Notes under the pieces: model-generated
What the model was told of the DNA's origin: nothing
Database searches by the model: none
Seen by the model: the letters and a program-made list of their open reading frames with translations, nothing else
Program-made: the position numbers and the translations under genes
Part shown: positions 18,877-28,280 of the stretch, one piece after another
Layout: each line of letters starts with the position of its first letter
How positions within the stretch are numbered: position 1 is the stretch's first letter
DNA from: Thermoplasmatales archaeon SW_10_69_26
Lineage (GTDB): Archaea > Thermoplasmatota > SW-10-69-26
Length of the DNA: 64,000 nucleotides
Reading direction: 5' to 3'
Assembly (NCBI GenBank): GCA_003009755.1
Contig: PXUB01000038.1
Coordinates: 8,946-72,945, forward strand

Positions 18877-19629
18877 TCAGGGATCGAAGCCGTCCTCGTC
18901 CTCGAGGCTCGGGTGCTTGTCGGGCGGCGCATCGCGCGGCTTGGCGAAGTACTCCTGCATCACCTGCACGCTCTCGTGCTCGCGCCGGTTGCGCTCCTCC
19001 TTGGGGATCTCCTCGCACCCCTTGGGGACCTCGCGGTCGCGCAGCGTGAAGTAGCCCTCCGGGGCCACCCAGTCGTGGTAGAACGCCGGGTCGACGTCCT
19101 CGACGAGCGTGATCGCCACCTTCGCGCCGTGGCCGGCGCTCACGATCGTCTGGTGGTACTCCTCGGCCAGCCGGCCGGCCGCGTACAACCCGTCGACCGC
19201 GGTCCGGCCGTCGTCGTCGATCGCGACGTAGGTCTTCGAGCCGCTGTCCCGCAGGTCGACGTCCAGATCCTCGAGGTAGGCGGGGCTGGACTTCGTCGCC
19301 GCGATCACGTTGCCGGCGGACACCGTGCCCTCGCTCGTCTCGATCCGGAACCCGTCGCCCTCGGCCTCGATCGCCTCGACCTTGGCGTCGCGACGATCGC
19401 CGCCGTTGCGGTCGACCTGGTCCGCCATCATATCGATCAGCAACCGCGGGTTCACGCCGGCCGGGAACCCCGGGTAGTTCTCGAGGTGGGCGTTGCGCTT
19501 CACGATCGACGCCCCGTGGTTGATCACGAGCGTGTCCAGCTCGGCGCGCGCGGTGAAGATCGCGGCCGAGAGACCGGCCACGCCGCCGCCCACGATCACG
19601 ACGTCTCGGTGCTGGCTGGCCTCGGGCAT
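18877..19629 (-). CDS. FAD/NAD(P)-dependent oxidoreductase (thioredoxin-reductase-like, haloarchaeal type)
   Basis: IVGGGVAGLSAA, LENYPGFP, GLYAAG; C-terminal YHDWVAPEGYF...PKGCEE. Confidence 0.85.
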   Translation of the reverse strand: MPEASQHRDVVIVGGGVAGLSAAIFTARAELDTLVINHGASIVKRNAHLENYPGFPAGVNPRLLIDMMADQVDRNGGDRRDAKVEAIEAEGDGFRIETSEGTVSAGNVIAATKSSPAYLEDLDVDLRDSGSKTYVAIDDDGRTAVDGLYAAGRLAEEYHQTIVSAGHGAKVAITLVEDVDPAFYHDWVAPEGYFTLRDREVPKGCEEIPKEERNRREHESVQVMQEYFAKPRDAPPDKHPSLEDEDGFDP

Positions 19630-19767
19630 GGTCGTGGCCAGGCAACGTGGCGGACGTCAAGAAGCCACCGGCCCGGATCGGCCACCGATGCCACCCGGAT
19701 CGGCGGGAGAAGGCCTCACCACCCGTTCCGCAACGCCTAAGCCACAGAAGGGTCCATCTCCCCGGCG

Positions 19768-20697
19768 ATGACGGACCCCTGGCCCGACGTCTACCTCACC
19801 GGACCAGGCCGGTCGGGGACGACCTCCCTGTACCAGTACCTCACCCAGCACCCCGAGATCTACGCCGGCCCGACGAAGGAGCACCGGTACTTCGACGAGA
19901 CCGTGCCCGCGGTGGAGGACGACCCCCAGGCGCTGGCCGAGGCCCGCGAGGACTACCTCGACCGGTTCCGGGGAGCCGAGGGCCACGAGCTGGTCGTCGA
20001 CGGCACGCCCAGCTACGTCTACTACCGGGACGCGCTGGAACGCATCCACGAGAGGCGCCCGGATGCGCGGTTCATCACCAGCTACCGCGACCCCGTGGAA
20101 CGCACCTACAGCCTCTACTGGCTGATGGTCGCCTCCGGCAAGGAGGAGATGGACTTCCTCGACGCCATCGAGGAGGGCCTGGCCGACGACCGCGCCGGCC
20201 GCTACCACACCGATCGCGTCAAGTTCATCCGCAACAGCCGCCAGGGCACCCAACTGCAGCGCCTGTACGAGATCTTCGGCGAGGACCAGGTGCTCGTGCT
20301 GCTCTTCACCGACGTCGTCGAGGACACCAGCCAGGTGCTCGTCGACGTCGCCGAGTTCCTCGACATCGATCCCGAGGTCGCCGGCGAGCTCGACACCGAG
20401 ACCCAGCACAACGCCACGCCGGGCGTCCCGCCCAACGAGCTCGCCCACATGATCCGATCCTCCGACACGCTCAAAACGATCGCGCAGACGCTGTTGCCCG
20501 AGAGCGTGCGCGACTTCCTCGGCAACCAGGTGCTGCTCGAGGAGCGCGAGAAGCCACCGATGGATCCCCAGGCCCGACGCAAGCTCGCCGATGTGTTCGA
20601 ACCCGAGGTCCGCCAGGTCGAGAAGCTGCTCGACCGCGAGCTGCCCGAGCTGCGGGCCTCCTGGCCCGAGGACGTCGGCCGACGAGCCGAGCCTTGA
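19768..20697 (+). CDS. PAPS-dependent sulfotransferase
   Basis: 5'-PSB GPGRSGTTSL, KEHRYF, 3'-PB YRDPVERTYS. Confidence 0.88.
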   Translation: MTDPWPDVYLTGPGRSGTTSLYQYLTQHPEIYAGPTKEHRYFDETVPAVEDDPQALAEAREDYLDRFRGAEGHELVVDGTPSYVYYRDALERIHERRPDARFITSYRDPVERTYSLYWLMVASGKEEMDFLDAIEEGLADDRAGRYHTDRVKFIRNSRQGTQLQRLYEIFGEDQVLVLLFTDVVEDTSQVLVDVAEFLDIDPEVAGELDTETQHNATPGVPPNELAHMIRSSDTLKTIAQTLLPESVRDFLGNQVLLEEREKPPMDPQARRKLADVFEPEVRQVEKLLDRELPELRASWPEDVGRRAEP

Positions 20698-20699
20698 CG

Positions 20700-21740
20700 A
20701 TGGGCGAGCTCCCGCCACGGCTGAACTGGGCGCGGACGATCGCCGTCGCTCGCACCGGCCAGGCCGTCGACCGGCTCAGCGCGCTGCTTCACCGACCGCG
20801 CGTCGAGGATGCCATCGTGATCGCCAGCTCCCCCCGAGCCGGATCGACGCTGTTGATGGACATCCTCGCGACGCTCGACGGGTACCGGACCGTGTTCGAA
20901 CCCCTGCACCCGCACTGGTACGCGGGGGTCCGCAAGCTGGGGCTGGGTCCCCGGCCCTGCCTCGTCGACGGCGCCGCCCCCGAGGGCACCGAGGCCTACC
21001 TGCGCGAGGTCCTCACCGGCCGGGAGGCCGGCGCATACCGCCTGACCCGCTTCGCCGCCACGCTGCCCGGCCGTCTGCTCGAGGGCAACCTCGTCGTCAA
21101 GTGCGTGCGCCTGAACCGGCTGCTGCCCTGGTTCGAGTCCACCTTCGACACGCGCGGGACCGTGCTCCTGCTTCGCCACCCCTGCGCCACCGTCGAATCC
21201 CAGCTCCGCAGCAACGTCCACGGCTACCCCGACCACCGGGCCGGGTTCCCCCCGGCCGAGCAGGTCCAAGACCACGCCCTGCGAGCGCTGGACCTCGGCG
21301 CGCCCGAGGACCTCCGCGAGCGCATCCGCTCGGTCGACACCCCTGCCGGCCTGATGGCGCTGTCCTGGGCGGTGGACACCCTGATCCCGCTGAGCCATCC
21401 CGGTCCCGAGCGCACGACGGTGTTCTACGAGGATCTCGTCACGGACGGACCCGCCCAGCTCGATCGCCTGTTCGGCGCCCTCGACACCGCCAGGCCCGCC
21501 CGAGCGCTGGACGTGCTCGGTGCCCCCAGCCTGACCGTGGACGAGGACGCCGGGGGCCAGGACTACCTCGAACGCTGGACCGAGGGCCTCGACGACGAGC
21601 AGACCGACCGCATCCTCGAGATCGCCGCCTGGTTCGGCCTCGAGGACCTCTACGACGAAGCGCCCACCCCGCGCGTGGACCGCGCCGACGACGTCCAGCT
21701 GCCCGCCTGGGTGGACCGGCCGGCCCAGCCACAACGATAG
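20700..21740 (+). CDS. PAPS-dependent sulfotransferase
   Basis: SSPRAGSTLL, FEPL, LRHPCATVES, FYEDLV, ERW motifs. Confidence 0.85.
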   Translation: MGELPPRLNWARTIAVARTGQAVDRLSALLHRPRVEDAIVIASSPRAGSTLLMDILATLDGYRTVFEPLHPHWYAGVRKLGLGPRPCLVDGAAPEGTEAYLREVLTGREAGAYRLTRFAATLPGRLLEGNLVVKCVRLNRLLPWFESTFDTRGTVLLLRHPCATVESQLRSNVHGYPDHRAGFPPAEQVQDHALRALDLGAPEDLRERIRSVDTPAGLMALSWAVDTLIPLSHPGPERTTVFYEDLVTDGPAQLDRLFGALDTARPARALDVLGAPSLTVDEDAGGQDYLERWTEGLDDEQTDRILEIAAWFGLEDLYDEAPTPRVDRADDVQLPAWVDRPAQPQR

Positions 21741-21772
21741 GGCTCTTGTGTTGAGCGGCGTTCACCCGCCCG

Positions 21773-23371
21773 GTGCTCGCCCGCAAGAGCGCACTGATCG
21801 TCCTCAACGCCGTCGTCGGCGGCGCGTTGGGGTTCGTCGCCCTCAAGGTCGTCGCCCTCTACATGGGAGCGGGGATCTACGGCCAGCTCGCGTACGCGAC
21901 GAGCCTGGTCGGCCTGGTCATGTTCCTCGGCAACATGGGCTTCACCAAGGCCCATGCCAAGCGCGTCAGCGAAGGCGAGGACGTCGGCGACTGCGTGGCG
22001 ACGCTCACCGCCTGGAACGGCGCGATCGCGAGCATCTACATCCTGATCGTGCTCGGCGCGTTCGCCGCCAACGAGCTGTTCCTCGGCCAGGACCTGTTCT
22101 CCACGACGCAGACCACGATCCTGCTCGTCACGCTGGCCGAGGCCGCCTTCTTCATGCGCAAGGTCGCCCGCAGCACGTTCGAGGCCCGCGTCGAGGCGGC
22201 GCTCAGCGAGTCGGTCGTCTTCTTCGAGCACATCGTCCGCACCCCGATCATGGCGGCCGGCGCCCTCCTGTACGCCTCCTCCCAGGGCCGGGAGGGCCCG
22301 ATCTTCGGCTGGTTGCGCGCCAACGCGCCCGGGCTGACGGACATCGTCGCCGAGTACGCGCCCGAGACGCTGGCGTTCGCCGTCACGGCGGCCGCGGTCG
22401 TCTCGATGACGGTCGGGTTCGTCCTCTTGCTGCAGCGCGTCAAGCCCGGCGACTTCAGCATGAAGATGGTCCGCAGCTACGCCGAGTTCGGGCTGCCCGT
22501 CTTCGGCGCCAGCTCGTTCAACAGCCTGCAGCAGTACCACGACAAGGCCGCGCTCGGGTTCTTCTGGTCGGATGCGGTCGCCGGCCGCTACTTCGGCTTC
22601 CAGCGCCTGTTCAGCTTCCTGGAGGCCGTGTACGCCGCCGTCCGGTCGATGCTGTTCCCGATGATCAGCGAACGCCACGCCGAGGGCGACCGCGAGGGCG
22701 TGCGCCGGTTGTCCCGCGAGTCCCTGCGGTACCTGTCGATGATCAGCGTCCCCGCCGCGTTCGGCGCGACCGCGCTCGCCGAACCCCTCATCCGGATCAT
22801 GCTGTCCGAGGACTGGCTGCCCGCCGTCGAGGTCTTCATCGCGCTCGCCTTCGTCTACCCCCTGCGCGGCATCGTGCAGACCCTCACCCAGATCCAGTAC
22901 GGCAGCGACGAGCCGAAGATGTCCGCCGGCATCTCGATGTTCGGCTCGACGATGAACGTCGTCGTCGGCCTGCTGTTGATCCCCTCCAGCGTGCTCGGCT
23001 TCCAGCTCGGCGGCCTGGCCGGGCTCGGCGCGGCTGCTGGCACCCTCGTCGCGCTCGTGCTCGATGCCGGCGCGCGCGCCTACACGCTCCAGTTCCCGCT
23101 CGGCCGGCGCGTCTGGCTGAGCTGGCTGCGGCACTGGATCGCCGGCGGCCTGATGGCCTACGTCGTCTACCGAGCCAGCCTGGCCATCGGCGAGGTGCGA
23201 TGGTTCATCCTGCCGGCCTTGATCGCGCTCGGCGGCGTCGTCTACTTCGCCCTGCTGTGGGTGTTCCGCGACTTCGGGAGGGACGACGCCATGGTGTTCT
23301 GGGCCGCCGTGCACCCCGGCGAGATGGCCTCCTACGTCAAGGACGAGGTCCTGCTCGACGACGAGGACTGA
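21773..23371 (+). CDS. Oligosaccharide flippase (Wzx/MOP family)
   Basis: About 12-14 TM helices; YMGAGIYGQLAYA, DKAALG, LFPMISE patterns. Confidence 0.85.
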   Translation: MLARKSALIVLNAVVGGALGFVALKVVALYMGAGIYGQLAYATSLVGLVMFLGNMGFTKAHAKRVSEGEDVGDCVATLTAWNGAIASIYILIVLGAFAANELFLGQDLFSTTQTTILLVTLAEAAFFMRKVARSTFEARVEAALSESVVFFEHIVRTPIMAAGALLYASSQGREGPIFGWLRANAPGLTDIVAEYAPETLAFAVTAAAVVSMTVGFVLLLQRVKPGDFSMKMVRSYAEFGLPVFGASSFNSLQQYHDKAALGFFWSDAVAGRYFGFQRLFSFLEAVYAAVRSMLFPMISERHAEGDREGVRRLSRESLRYLSMISVPAAFGATALAEPLIRIMLSEDWLPAVEVFIALAFVYPLRGIVQTLTQIQYGSDEPKMSAGISMFGSTMNVVVGLLLIPSSVLGFQLGGLAGLGAAAGTLVALVLDAGARAYTLQFPLGRRVWLSWLRHWIAGGLMAYVVYRASLAIGEVRWFILPALIALGGVVYFALLWVFRDFGRDDAMVFWAAVHPGEMASYVKDEVLLDDED

Positions 23372-23372
23372 C

Positions 23373-24212
23373 TCACGCCTGGAACCCGTAGTCGGCCAGG
23401 AACGGGTACCGGTCGAGGCGCTGCTCGATCTCCTCGACGACCTCCGCGTCCCACTCGACCTCCTCCCGGCGGCGGTTGGGCTCGTCGTACACGAGCTCGG
23501 CACACGGCTCCAACCACTCGCTGGGCGCCTCCACGCCGAGGAACGACGCCATGTTCGATAGCTCGCGGGCGGTGTGCTGGATCAGGTCCTCGTGGCGCAC
23601 GTCCAGGTACTCCTCCTCGTCCATCTGCTCGCGCGCCCAGGCACACGTGTCGGCGAGCCGGAAGTACAGCCGGGTTGCCGAGGCCAGCGAGATGTCCCCC
23701 ACGCGCGCCATCGTCGTGATGTTGTCGAACGGGTTGCGGGTGACGTGCAGGGCCCGGATCGGATCCTCCACGCGCTCGCGCAAGAGCTCGAGCTTGTCCT
23801 CGTCCTGGGCAAGCCAGTTGCTCGTGGCCGCACCCTCCTTGTCCCCGATCACCTCGAGATCGGTCCAGGTGCCCTGCCAGGCGCCCTCGACGTCGTAGGA
23901 GTAGCCGGTCCACTCGCGGCCGCGGTCGGCGAACCAGCGATCGCGGTCGAGGATGAGCGCGTAGATCTGTTCCCGGGCGAAGCCCGGCTTCAGGTACCGC
24001 AGGACGTTGAGCTCGTGGCTGATCACCGTGTTCGGGTGGGCGTTCAACAGCTGGCCGACGAGCGAGTGCCCGCTGCGAGGGTACCCGATGAAGAAGCAGA
24101 ACGTCTCGATCCCGTCGAGCAGGGACCGCTTGCGGACCGCATCCCACCACGACGAGGCGTAGTCCGGCACGAGATCGTGCTTGCGACGGACGAGATCGAT
24201 CAGACCGCCCAC
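23373..24212 (-). CDS. PAPS-dependent sulfotransferase
   Basis: FIGYPRSGHSL, HPNTVISHE, TRNPFDNI, RHEDLI. Confidence 0.85.
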   Translation of the reverse strand: MGGLIDLVRRKHDLVPDYASSWWDAVRKRSLLDGIETFCFFIGYPRSGHSLVGQLLNAHPNTVISHELNVLRYLKPGFAREQIYALILDRDRWFADRGREWTGYSYDVEGAWQGTWTDLEVIGDKEGAATSNWLAQDEDKLELLRERVEDPIRALHVTRNPFDNITTMARVGDISLASATRLYFRLADTCAWAREQMDEEEYLDVRHEDLIQHTARELSNMASFLGVEAPSEWLEPCAELVYDEPNRRREEVEWDAEVVEEIEQRLDRYPFLADYGFQA

Positions 24213-24319
24213 GGCGTGGTCGAACCGATGGCATAGCTTAGGCGTTTCGCAAACGCGCCGGCGCCAAGCCCGGGTGAGAACTGAAAACCTAAACCGGCGG
24301 GCCCGCGTCCGTGCCAGCG

Positions 24320-25201
24320 ATGCCGGACCCGCCCGTCCCCCTCGACTTCATCGTGTTCGCGTCGCAGAAATCGGCATCGACGTGGTTCTGCCGCTGCCTC
24401 GACGAACACCCCGAGATCGCGATCGGGTACCCCTACGAGAAGCGGTTCCTGCGCGAACGGGAGGGGTGGGTCGAACGCGAGGAGAACCCGCAGTTCCTCG
24501 ACGACTGGGAGGCCTACCGCGACCAGTTCCCGGACAAGGAGGACCACCAGCTGCGCGGCGACGGCGACGTCGAGCTGTACTACAACGAGTCCGGCCCCGA
24601 CGTCGTCGAGAAGTTCTACCCCGACGTCAAGCTGATCGCGATCCTGCGCGACCCCGTGGCCCGGATCCGGTCCGAGTACGCCTACCGGGTGCGCGACCCC
24701 AAGGTCGAGGAAGGCACCCTCGAGGAGTACATCGACGAGAGCCTCACCATCGACCGATCCAGCTACGCCAAGCAGCTGGACCCCTGGTTCGACCGGTTCG
24801 GCGAGGACCAGATCCTCGGGCTCCCCTGGACCGAGCTCGGCGAGGAGGGCGAGGACCTGCTCGAGGAGGCCTTCGCGTTCCTGGACGTCGATCCCAGCGT
24901 CGAACCGCCCTCGCTCACGGAGCGCGTCAACCCCCACCGGGAGAAACAGCCCTGGTTCCAGGCCTTGGAGTCGGTGGCCCGCGGCCTCCGCCGCCTCGGG
25001 CTGGGACCCTTGATGGATCTGGTGAACCGCGTCGGGGTCGGCCCAGCCGTGCGCGAGGTCGGCGACCCGCCGGCCGACAAGCCCGAGATGCCGCCCGAGA
25101 TCGAGGCCGAGCTGCGCCGCGAGCTGGCCGACGACATCGACCAGCTCGAGACGATGATCGGCAAGGACCTCAGCGCCTGGAAACCCGAGCCCGAGGCCTG
25201 A
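24320..25201 (+). CDS. PAPS-dependent sulfotransferase
   Basis: ASQKSASTW, LDEHPEI, ILRDPVARIRS, C-terminal DLSAW. Confidence 0.85.
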   Translation: MPDPPVPLDFIVFASQKSASTWFCRCLDEHPEIAIGYPYEKRFLREREGWVEREENPQFLDDWEAYRDQFPDKEDHQLRGDGDVELYYNESGPDVVEKFYPDVKLIAILRDPVARIRSEYAYRVRDPKVEEGTLEEYIDESLTIDRSSYAKQLDPWFDRFGEDQILGLPWTELGEEGEDLLEEAFAFLDVDPSVEPPSLTERVNPHREKQPWFQALESVARGLRRLGLGPLMDLVNRVGVGPAVREVGDPPADKPEMPPEIEAELRRELADDIDQLETMIGKDLSAWKPEPEA

Positions 25202-25210
25202 GCCGCAGGC

Positions 25211-26392
25211 CTACTCCTCGACGAGATCGAGGAACACGTCCTCGTAGCGCTCGGCGCTTGTGTCCCACGTGTACCCGGATTCCACCGTCTCCCGCAGCCG
25301 CTTGCGGTCGGGGTCCAGCTCGAGCCCCTCGCGGACGGCTTCCACGATGTCGTCGTCCACGACCGTGAACCCGAGCAGTTCCTCGGGTAGCCAGGGCCGA
25401 CGGATCGCGGCCGGTGTCCCCTCCAACATCGCCTCCAACAGCACCATGCCGAAGGCCTCGGCCAACGAGGGCAGGCAGAACAGGTCGGCGGCCGCGTACA
25501 GCTGGTTGCGCTTGCGATCGGAAACCCACCCGTGCACGGTCACGCCCTCGCCCAGCGACCGCTCGTCGACGAGCGCCCGGAACCGGTCCAGGTCGGGCCC
25601 TTGCCCGGCGACGTGCACCTGGCAGTCCACCTGCTCGGCCACGTCGAGCAACGACCCGATGCGCTTGCTTCGATCCATGCGGCCCAGGTAGAGGACGACG
25701 CGTTCCTCGGCCCCGATGCCGAGGCGCTCGCGGGCTTGGGCCTGCTCGACGGGCGGGAACTCCTCGGGGTCGACGCCGTTGGGGACGATCCTCAACCGCG
25801 GGTCGTCGTCGGGCACCGACGCCAGCATCGAGACGACCGTGTCACTGACTGGCAAGATCGCGTCCAGCTCGGCCAGCTGGCGGTTCTCCTTGCGGGTCCG
25901 ACGCTGGATGTCCAACCACTGCAGCAACCGTCGGGGGTGGTAGCGGCCCTTCTCCTCGATGAGCTTCTCCCGCGAACCCCCCATGTAGTCGTGGTGGTAG
26001 GCGGTCCCGTGCACGGTCGCGGCGACCGGCGGGGCCTCCGGGTCGGCCAGGAACCCGGCCGCGTAGAAGCTCTGCACGTGGACGACGTCCGCGTCTAAGC
26101 CGTGCTCGCGCGCATGCTCGTGGGCGGCGGTATCGAAGAACCGCCACCAGTGGTACGCCGGCAAGCCTCGGGCCCACCAGGGGACGTAGGCCATCTCGCG
26201 CACCTCGACCCCCTCGCGAGTGTAGACCTCGGCCTCGTGATCCATGGCGGTCGTGAGGATCGTGACCTCGTGGCCCCGCTCGTGCAGAGCCGTGGCTGTC
26301 TGCCAGGTCACCTCCTCCATCCCGCCGCGCACGTGCCAGGGGAGGGTGGGGGCGACCGTCAGGATCGACAAGCTCCCCGGCGTGCGAGACAC
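25211..26392 (-). CDS. Glycosyltransferase family 4
   Basis: GGME, VPNGVD, LYLGR, EAFGMVLLEAM motif; start uncertain. Confidence 0.9.
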   Translation of the reverse strand: MSRTPGSLSILTVAPTLPWHVRGGMEEVTWQTATALHERGHEVTILTTAMDHEAEVYTREGVEVREMAYVPWWARGLPAYHWWRFFDTAAHEHAREHGLDADVVHVQSFYAAGFLADPEAPPVAATVHGTAYHHDYMGGSREKLIEEKGRYHPRRLLQWLDIQRRTRKENRQLAELDAILPVSDTVVSMLASVPDDDPRLRIVPNGVDPEEFPPVEQAQARERLGIGAEERVVLYLGRMDRSKRIGSLLDVAEQVDCQVHVAGQGPDLDRFRALVDERSLGEGVTVHGWVSDRKRNQLYAAADLFCLPSLAEAFGMVLLEAMLEGTPAAIRRPWLPEELLGFTVVDDDIVEAVREGLELDPDRKRLRETVESGYTWDTSAERYEDVFLDLVEE

Positions 26393-26413
26393 GAAGCCGT
26401 CAGCCGCTGTGCG

Positions 26414-26421
26414 TTTAAATA
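26414..26421. promoter_or_regulatory. TATA box between divergent glycosyltransferase genes
   Basis: TTTAAATA in a very short divergent intergenic region. Confidence 0.5.
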
Positions 26422-26433
26422 GTTGCTTCGATT

Positions 26434-27411
26434 GTGACCGTCGTGGCACCGCCCGACGTGTCGGTCGTCATCGTGGTGAAGGACGACCCTCGCGTGCTGG
26501 ACTGCGTGGAGGCCGTGCTGGCCCAGTCGGCCCCGTTCAGCGCCGAGGTCGTCGTCGCCGTCGACGACGATCCCACCGACGACACGCCCGACCTGCTCGC
26601 CGACGCCTTCGGTGACGAGGATCGGGTGCGCGTGCTCGAGACCACCGGCAACGTCGCCGAGGCCTGGAACGCGGGCGCCCGCGCGGCGCGAGCCGACGTG
26701 ATCGCCCGCATCGACTCCGACGCCGTCCCACTCGACGGGTGGCTGGCCGCGATCGCCCACCCCGTCCTCGACGGCGAGGTCGAGTGGTCGGCCGGCTCGG
26801 TGGAGGGCGTCCACACCGAGGGCCTGGTGGCCCGCTACTTCCACCACCGCACCGAAGCCTACTGCCGCCGCTTCGAGGACGAGCGCAACCTCCGCGACGA
26901 GGTGCCCTCCTGGAACGTCGCCTACGACCGAGCCACGCTCGAGGAGGCCGGCTGGTACGACCCCTGGCTGAGAGCCAGCGAGGACTGGGACCTCCACAAG
27001 CGCCTGGCCGACCTGGGCGCCCGCGGGATCTACGTCCCCGGGGCCCGGATCCGCCACCACCATCCCGAGACGATGGGCACCTTCGCCCGCAAGGAAGCCT
27101 GGTACAAGACGGGCCAGTACCAGATGATGCTCAAGCACGGCCCCGCGACGGTCGCTGAAGCCCTCGTCCTCCCCGCCGCCTACGCAGGCGTGCTCGCCGT
27201 GCTCGCCGCCGGGGTTCTCGTCCCGGCGATGGCGGGCGCCGGGCTGGGGCTTTTGCTCCTCGTGGCCGCCTGGCACGCGGTCGGCGGCCTGCGCGAGGAC
27301 GACCCCGCCTGGTACCTGCGTCCGCTGTTCCGCCCGATCGAGGCGCTGGCCGGCCTGTACGGGTTGGCGCGAGGGCTGCTCGTCTACGGCTTCACCCGGC
27401 CCTCGGGTTGA
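26434..27411 (+). CDS. Glycosyltransferase family 2 with C-terminal TM helices
   Basis: VSVVIVVKD, IDSD (DxD), SEDWDL motifs. Confidence 0.9.
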   Translation: MTVVAPPDVSVVIVVKDDPRVLDCVEAVLAQSAPFSAEVVVAVDDDPTDDTPDLLADAFGDEDRVRVLETTGNVAEAWNAGARAARADVIARIDSDAVPLDGWLAAIAHPVLDGEVEWSAGSVEGVHTEGLVARYFHHRTEAYCRRFEDERNLRDEVPSWNVAYDRATLEEAGWYDPWLRASEDWDLHKRLADLGARGIYVPGARIRHHHPETMGTFARKEAWYKTGQYQMMLKHGPATVAEALVLPAAYAGVLAVLAAGVLVPAMAGAGLGLLLLVAAWHAVGGLREDDPAWYLRPLFRPIEALAGLYGLARGLLVYGFTRPSG

Positions 27412-27425
27412 CGCGGTCGGTGGGC

Positions 27426-28280
27426 CTACCTCTCGCGCGTGGAGACGAACTCCGCCAGGTCCAGCAACCGCTTTTTGCCCTCCGTCTCCGGGATCGGTGC
27501 CAACAGCTCGAAGGCGCGCTCGACGCGCTCCATCGCGATCTGGCGGGCCTCGTCGGCCCCGTCGCCGCCGAGGGCGCGGGCGAGGTTGGGCGCGCCGACG
27601 CGGGCATCGATCCCCATCGGCTTGCCCGTCTCGTCGTCGCCGGCCACGTCCAGCACGTCGTCGACCGCCTGGAAGGCGACCCCGATCTGGACCCCGAAGC
27701 GACGGAACCGGTGCCGGATGTCCTCGTCGGCCTCGGCCAGCACGGCGCCGGTCGCGCAGGCTGTCCCCAGCAGGCTGGCCGTCTTCTCGCGGGCCACCTG
27801 TTCGGCCTCGTCGGGCTCCCAGTCGGGATCATCGTGCACCATCTCGCGGGCTTCCCCCACGATCATGTCCTGCACACCCTCCCGGGTGAGCTGGGCGACC
27901 TGCGGGCCCAGGTTCGAGCCCAGCCAGAACGCCTCGGTGAACAACGCGTCGCCGAGCAGCGTCGACAGCGGCTCGCCGATCAAAAGCGGCGCCGACAGCA
28001 GGCCCCGCCGGGTCTCGGCGTCGTCGAGGATGTCGTCGTGGACGAGGCTGGCGCAGTGGATGAGCTCGATCGAGGCGGCCGCGTCGACGACGTCCTGGCC
28101 GACGACCTCGCCGCCTGCGGCGTAGTAGGAGAGGAACAAAAGCCGCGGGCGCACGTACTTGCCGTCCGTCAGGAACTCGCTGAGCCACTCGTCGGGGATG
28201 CCAGGGATCTCGGGCCGGGTGTCGAGCAACCGCTCGCGGACGAGATCGGCTTCCCGTTCGCAGGGCAGCTCGATCCCCAT
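27426..28280 (-). CDS. Polyprenyl diphosphate synthase
   Basis: GKYVRP, HDDILD..TRRG (FARM), KTA, FQAVDDVLD (SARM). Confidence 0.92.
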   Translation of the reverse strand: MGIELPCEREADLVRERLLDTRPEIPGIPDEWLSEFLTDGKYVRPRLLFLSYYAAGGEVVGQDVVDAAASIELIHCASLVHDDILDDAETRRGLLSAPLLIGEPLSTLLGDALFTEAFWLGSNLGPQVAQLTREGVQDMIVGEAREMVHDDPDWEPDEAEQVAREKTASLLGTACATGAVLAEADEDIRHRFRRFGVQIGVAFQAVDDVLDVAGDDETGKPMGIDARVGAPNLARALGGDGADEARQIAMERVERAFELLAPIPETEGKKRLLDLAEFVSTRER

